A DNA stretch of 64,000 nucleotides from IMG/VR virus record IMGVR_UViG_3300048910_000141; one strand, given 5' to 3'. This document shows, one piece after another, positions 59,579-64,000 of this stretch. The notes below the pieces were generated by a model that saw only the letters and a list, made by a program, of their open reading frames with translations, searched no databases and was not told the DNA's origin. Origin of the DNA: a virus. Both the position numbers and the translations under genes were made by a program. Within the stretch, counting starts at the first letter, position 1. The number at the start of each line of letters is the position of its first letter.

Positions 59579-59620
59579 GTGTTACTTTCGCTTGACATCT
59601 GGTGTTAGTTTAGCTTAACA
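59579..59620 (+). promoter_or_regulatory. plus-strand copy of the promoter cassette (upstream of the HslV-like and primase genes)
   Basis: GTGTTACTTTCGC-TTGACA-tctggtGTTAGTTTagc-TTAACA. Confidence 0.6.
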
Positions 59621-59648
59621 GTCTGAGACAACAGACACAGGGCCGTTC

Positions 59649-60089
59649 ATGACCACGATCGCGTACCGTAGTGGCACCCTCGCTGCTGACTCTCAGATCG
59701 CTTACAGTAACTACCTGAACGGGCAACGCCCCAAGATCACCCAGTGCGGTCGCTTCCACGTTGCTCTCGCCGGAAAGGCTTGGCTGCGCCGACCGCTTGA
59801 AGAATGGTTAGCCGCTGGCGCCGACGAAGCCAATGTTCCCGTCGAATTGATGGAGAACCAAGCTGAGTTCTCCTGTCTCATCGTCGATGACGACGGCGTT
59901 ATGCTGACTTTCGATCGCGGGTATCTCCTACCTGTCGACGCTCCTTACGCCGCGATCGGCAGCGGCATGTTCTTCGCGATGGGCGCCATGGCTCATGGCG
60001 CCTCGGCTGAGGAAGCCGTCGCTGCGGCCATGGCCCATGACAAGAACACCGGCGGCCCGATCACCGTCGTCCGTTTTCCTCTTCACTGA
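59649..60089 (+). CDS. HslV/proteasome-beta-like Ntn peptidase
   Basis: N-terminal MTTIAYR (Thr nucleophile after Met), AADSQ, AIGSG, TGGPI. Confidence 0.6.
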   Translation: MTTIAYRSGTLAADSQIAYSNYLNGQRPKITQCGRFHVALAGKAWLRRPLEEWLAAGADEANVPVELMENQAEFSCLIVDDDGVMLTFDRGYLLPVDAPYAAIGSGMFFAMGAMAHGASAEEAVAAAMAHDKNTGGPITVVRFPLH

Positions 60090-60096
60090 GTTCCCG

Positions 60097-63000
60097 ATGC
60101 CCGCTTACACGCAACTCATAAACGACCTGTTCGCTCAGACGAATGGCGCGGTCACCGTTACCGACGCAAACGGCGAATCATTCACTTCGCATGACCTCAT
60201 CAAGGTCGGCGCGTGGGCCTCGAAAGCGGAAGACCCATGGATCGATCTCGCCACCGACGAAGGAGAGGCGATTGGTCTGTTCGTCGCGGGCAATCCGCAG
60301 GTCGTGAGTCCGCAGCCGTCGTTCGATGTCGATGGTGGTATGGTCTATATGCTCAAAGGCGCTCCAGTTGGTGGACAGAAGCAGGGCTTCCATATGTGCC
60401 CGCTCGATGTGTTTCTACACAAGGGCGAAGTGGACCTCGCCGGCCTCAATACCTTCGAACCGGAAGACCTCGACATCTGCACGCCGGGTTCGGATCGCGC
60501 GATCACCCTGATGACCGGACGGCGCCGCGACGAAGGGCAGGGACGTTGGAAGCCGGTGTCTTCCACGTTCGGGCAGTTCACCGACGTGCTGCGCGCCCAC
60601 AAGGAAGGCGAGAAGGACGGCTCCTGCTATCTTCAAGGTGAGTCGGCCGATGGCGCTCGCAAGTCGGCGGCGCAGATCGCCAACTACATCCTCGGCGTCG
60701 ACCTCGACTCAGGTGCTCCCCTTCACGACGTGATCGCGACGATTTCCAAACATGGTCTGGAGGCGGTGATCTACACCACCCACAGTCACTTGAAGGACAC
60801 GTCGGTCATCAAGCGCGACCACTTCATGAAGGAAATGGGCACCTCCGAGGCCGACGAGGACCTGATCCGCCAATACCTGATCGAGTGGAAGGGCGTGCTG
60901 CCCCACATCCTCGAAGAGGTCGAAATCCTCGACGACGCCAAGCACACCAGCGAGGGCATCGTCATCCTTGTCCGCCACCGGCCGATGCCGAAGTTCCGTG
61001 CGGTGTTCCCGCTCAGCGAAGGCTTCGTGTTCGCCAAGCGCGGCGGCAGCCAGAAGGACGCGATCCTTGAATGGAAAGAGCGCTACGCCGGGTTCTGCAC
61101 CGACATGGGCTTCTTCTACGACGAGAAGTGCGTTGATCCGGCGCGCCTCTTCTACATGCCTCGCCACCCCGCCGGTGATACCAAGTTCGGCTCGTGGCTG
61201 ATCGTTGGCGAACCGCTCGATCTCGACAAGTTCAACCGCGTCAAGATCAATCGCAAGCGCCGTGGGAAGCCGAGCGGGCCTGCCAACGCGTTCACTGACG
61301 CGGCGGGCGGCGCTGCTGTCGATGACGATGATGATGAAGCCGATCGCTATGTGACCGAGGACGGTTACAATCTGCGCGGCTGGGCGTCCAAACACGCCAA
61401 GCGGTTCGAGGTCCAGCGGATGCTCGAAGACGTGATCGGCGACGACATCATCCGTGAGGATCGCGGCTCGAAACCGGGCGTACATGTCGAGTGTCCGTTC
61501 GAGGCTGAGCATTCGAGCTTCGGTGGCGCCGGTTGCTTTGTGGTCAATGCCAGCGACAATGCCGACGAGGGTTATGACGGTGGCTACACCTTCAACTGCA
61601 CTCACAACGCGTGCGCCGGCCGCGATCGGCTCGATTTCCTCGTGGAGCTTTGCAATCAGGGACAGATCACCAAGGCCGATCTGACCAACAAGGAATATCT
61701 CTATGAGATCGAAGGCGACGAAGACGACGCTCGCGATGAGCCAGAGCCCGTTGGCGTTCGCAAGCGCGACGCCGCCGTTTCAAATGAGCGTGCCGGAAAA
61801 CCCTCCTCGGGCGTTTCCCAAGCTGACGAACGACGCGGAAATACTGCGCGCGATCGTGAAGGCGTTCAGGCGGACATCGACGAAGACCTAGCGTCTGACG
61901 AAGAGGATGTCGTTCTCAAGGCGTTCAACCGCCGCTACGCTGTAATTCGCACGTCCGGCGGGGTCCGTATCCTCGTGGAGCCTCGCACGGCTGACGACGA
62001 TGTGGCGTTCGAATCACAGAACGACGTGAGTCTGTACGAAAAGAACCGCGTGATCTGGACTGGCGGTAGCCGCAAAGGCGAGAGCGCCAAGAAACTCGAA
62101 GCCTTCAAGGTCTGGCTGGAGTGGGAACACCGCCGCACTTACAGCCGCGTCGTATTCGCGCCGGGGCAGTCGGTGCCACGTGACACCTACAACCTATTCC
62201 GGGGCTGGCCGTTCGAGCCGGTGGCGACGACGTGGACCGAGACATTGGAGAACTCCGACGCTCCGGTCCCCGGTGATTGGTCGATGCTACGTGGTCACAT
62301 CTTCGCCAACATCTGTGAGTCCGACGACGAACTGTTCAATTGGTTCATGACGTGGTTGGCAATGCTGTTCCAGAAGCCCAACGCCAAGCCGGGCTCGACC
62401 GTGGTAATCACCGGCGAGAAGGGCACCGGCAAGTCGACCGTGTTCGACTATGTGAATCAGCTTCTCGGCCGCTGTGGCATCACCGTCTCTCAGCGTAAGC
62501 AGATCGTCGGTCAGTTCAATGGACACTTGGCGACCACGTTGCTCATGGTCTGCGAAGAAGCCTTCTGGGCCGCCGATCCTCAGGCCGAAGGCGTCCTCAA
62601 GGACATGATCACCAACAAATCGGTGCTGATCGAAAAGAAAGGCTACGATCCGATCCAGTCGCAGAACTACACGCGACTCGCGCTGATCTCGAACAATGAG
62701 TGGGTGGTGCCGGCGTCGCTCAAGGACGAACGTCGCTTCTTCGTCCTGCGGTGTAACTCAGCCCGGCGCGGTGATCTCCGCTTCTTCGAGGACATGCGGG
62801 AGCAAATGGAGAAGCTTGGCGGGCTCGAAGCCTTCCTGTACGATCTTCTCCACTGGGAGCCCATCAATGGGACCTTCTCCTCGTTGTTCAATCCCCCAGT
62901 GACCTCGCATCTCCAGCAGCAGCAGATCGAGTCGCTCACCGGCGTCCAGAAGTTCATGCTCGAACTGGTCAAGGCCGGAATGTACGAGACGAACGACGAC

Positions 63001-63318
63001 AACATCACGCCGATCGAACTGAACGAGGACAAAGAGACTCGCATTTACGCGGTCGACATGCGGGCCGCCGTGCAGGACTATGTGAAATTCCGCTTCTCGT
63101 CCGACAAGGCGAAAACGTCCTTCGACGACATCGCCGTGGTCGTTACCGACTGGTTTGGGGCGCGAGAAGTTAGCATGGCTGTCGAAGGCTCAACGAATCG
63201 TAAACGAACCTTCGTGTTTCCTCCGCTCGATGACGTGCGCGCTAAGCTCAAGGAATCCAAGGGGCTCGATATCGAGGCGATGACCTTGGAGACGGTCAAG
63301 GCCATGAAAACGCGGTAA
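60097..63318 (+). CDS. primase-polymerase (AEP-like) fused to D5/P4-type SF3 helicase
   Basis: AEP-like GVDLD and YTTHSH, zinc motif CPFEAEH...CTHNAC, Walker A GEKGTGKST, Walker B LLMVCEEA. Confidence 0.75.
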   Translation: MPAYTQLINDLFAQTNGAVTVTDANGESFTSHDLIKVGAWASKAEDPWIDLATDEGEAIGLFVAGNPQVVSPQPSFDVDGGMVYMLKGAPVGGQKQGFHMCPLDVFLHKGEVDLAGLNTFEPEDLDICTPGSDRAITLMTGRRRDEGQGRWKPVSSTFGQFTDVLRAHKEGEKDGSCYLQGESADGARKSAAQIANYILGVDLDSGAPLHDVIATISKHGLEAVIYTTHSHLKDTSVIKRDHFMKEMGTSEADEDLIRQYLIEWKGVLPHILEEVEILDDAKHTSEGIVILVRHRPMPKFRAVFPLSEGFVFAKRGGSQKDAILEWKERYAGFCTDMGFFYDEKCVDPARLFYMPRHPAGDTKFGSWLIVGEPLDLDKFNRVKINRKRRGKPSGPANAFTDAAGGAAVDDDDDEADRYVTEDGYNLRGWASKHAKRFEVQRMLEDVIGDDIIREDRGSKPGVHVECPFEAEHSSFGGAGCFVVNASDNADEGYDGGYTFNCTHNACAGRDRLDFLVELCNQGQITKADLTNKEYLYEIEGDEDDARDEPEPVGVRKRDAAVSNERAGKPSSGVSQADERRGNTARDREGVQADIDEDLASDEEDVVLKAFNRRYAVIRTSGGVRILVEPRTADDDVAFESQNDVSLYEKNRVIWTGGSRKGESAKKLEAFKVWLEWEHRRTYSRVVFAPGQSVPRDTYNLFRGWPFEPVATTWTETLENSDAPVPGDWSMLRGHIFANICESDDELFNWFMTWLAMLFQKPNAKPGSTVVITGEKGTGKSTVFDYVNQLLGRCGITVSQRKQIVGQFNGHLATTLLMVCEEAFWAADPQAEGVLKDMITNKSVLIEKKGYDPIQSQNYTRLALISNNEWVVPASLKDERRFFVLRCNSARRGDLRFFEDMREQMEKLGGLEAFLYDLLHWEPINGTFSSLFNPPVTSHLQQQQIESLTGVQKFMLELVKAGMYETNDDNITPIELNEDKETRIYAVDMRAAVQDYVKFRFSSDKAKTSFDDIAVVVTDWFGAREVSMAVEGSTNRKRTFVFPPLDDVRAKLKESKGLDIEAMTLETVKAMKTR

Positions 63319-63394
63319 ACCTCAGGATAAATATTTAGTCCAACAATACTGACACGATCTCCGCTTGACGTTGATCCACGCTAACACTTATACA

Positions 63395-63446
63395 CCTCCC
63401 TGTAGCCGCGAATCACGTTTCGTTTGTGCAACAGGGAGGTTTTTTA
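63395..63446 (+). terminator. terminator after the primase/helicase gene
   Basis: CCTCCCTGT ... ACAGGGAGG + TTTTTT. Confidence 0.6.
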
Positions 63447-63674
63447 TGCGCTGAACCATAGGGTTGGCTCCCGATGAAAGCCCGAGTGACCATCATCCCA
63501 TGGGGCTGCTCGCGAAAAATTTAGGGGACTCGTTGGTGTTGGAAGCAACGAGTCCCCGTTCATGAAAGTTTAAGCGAAGATTTACACTTACCGACCCAGT
63601 GCTACGGATGATTCACATTCAGCCCACGTCAAGCCTCGGTCAGCTAAGTTACAGTAACCCAGAAGGAATTTGAA

Positions 63675-64000
63675 ATGCGAGTGGAACAGATCGACCGGAT
63701 CGACGGTCGCAAGGGTCTGATCAAGCTGTGGGAGCCCGCTGGCTATCCTTTCGAGGATCAGGCGATGGATCAGATTCGCCGGGTCGCGTCGATGCCGTTC
63801 ATCCACAAGCACATCGCCGTGATGCCCGACGCCCATGCCGGCATCGGTTCCACGGTGGGCACGGTGATCGCGACCAAGGGTGCGGTGATCCCGGCGGCCG
63901 TGGGCGTCGACATCGGCTGCGGCATGATGGCGATCAAGACCACGCTTCGGGCAGATCAGCTTCCCGACAACCTCGGGCAGATGCGCGCGGCGATCGAGGC
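63675..64000 (+). CDS. rtcB: RNA ligase RtcB (5' part, runs off the window)
   Basis: MPFIHKHIAVMPDAHAGIGSTVGTVIATKGAVIPAAVGVDIGCGM nearly collinear with remembered E. coli RtcB; RBS AGAAGGAA. Confidence 0.9.
   Translation, partial: MRVEQIDRIDGRKGLIKLWEPAGYPFEDQAMDQIRRVASMPFIHKHIAVMPDAHAGIGSTVGTVIATKGAVIPAAVGVDIGCGMMAIKTTLRADQLPDNLGQMRAAIE

Noticed and set aside
63365-63393. TTGACG-N17-TTATAC promoter followed immediately by a hairpin and T-run, which could be read as a tiny sRNA gene.
   Set aside because: The predicted start site would fall inside the 5' arm of the hairpin. The hairpin is better explained as the terminator of the primase/helicase gene, so the promoter call is weak.

Overview
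High-GC (about 60%) segment of a large tailed-phage genome; no rRNA, CRISPR array or IS element was seen. The permuted two-piece tmRNA suggests an alphaproteobacterial host, but that is inference. Layout: (1) 1-9268, plus strand: end of a lysis cassette (overlapping i-/o-spanin pair), thyX, NAD-dependent DNA ligase, a Nudix hydrolase and a chain of small translationally coupled genes (ATGA/GTGA overlaps). (2) 9329-41671, minus strand: a long replication and nucleotide-metabolism block. It holds a CI/LexA-like repressor, class I RNR nrdA/nrdB plus a glutaredoxin, a dNMP kinase, a Dda/RecD-like helicase, a Cas4-like nuclease, a DnaQ-like exonuclease, a family A DNA polymerase, an N6-adenine MTase, a dCMP deaminase, an SNF2 helicase and several MazG-like enzymes. 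Unusual items in this block are a 201-aa class II aaRS-like core, a mini protein kinase next to an HTH-metallophosphoesterase, a RyR-domain protein and an array of small zinc-ribbon paralogs. (3) 41746-43974, plus strand: small genes plus a short tyrosine recombinase. (4) 44100-55200: three promoter-driven tRNA clusters with 26 cloverleaf tRNAs folded by eye, plus atypical Tyr-like and His-like elements. Between the clusters sits a plus-strand accessory module: a ygiB/ygiC-like lipoprotein and ATP-grasp pair, a SpoT-like HD hydrolase and a K+ channel. (5) 55951-58292: putative virion or fibre genes. (6) 58300-59575: a single promoter-to-terminator RNA-only unit. It contains a circularly permuted two-piece tmRNA, two tandem tRNA-like units whose 3' halves lie upstream of their 5' halves, and a group-I-intron-like RNA. 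(7) 59649-64000: an HslV-like peptidase, a primase-polymerase/SF3 helicase and the start of rtcB. The most interesting signals are RNA-level: the permuted tRNA-like units, an RNase P specificity-domain-like RNA inside a tRNA operon, and a recurrent promoter cassette carrying two GTTAGTTT boxes. All RNA folds and protein family calls were made by eye from motifs, with no searches run, and need confirmation with covariance and profile models.
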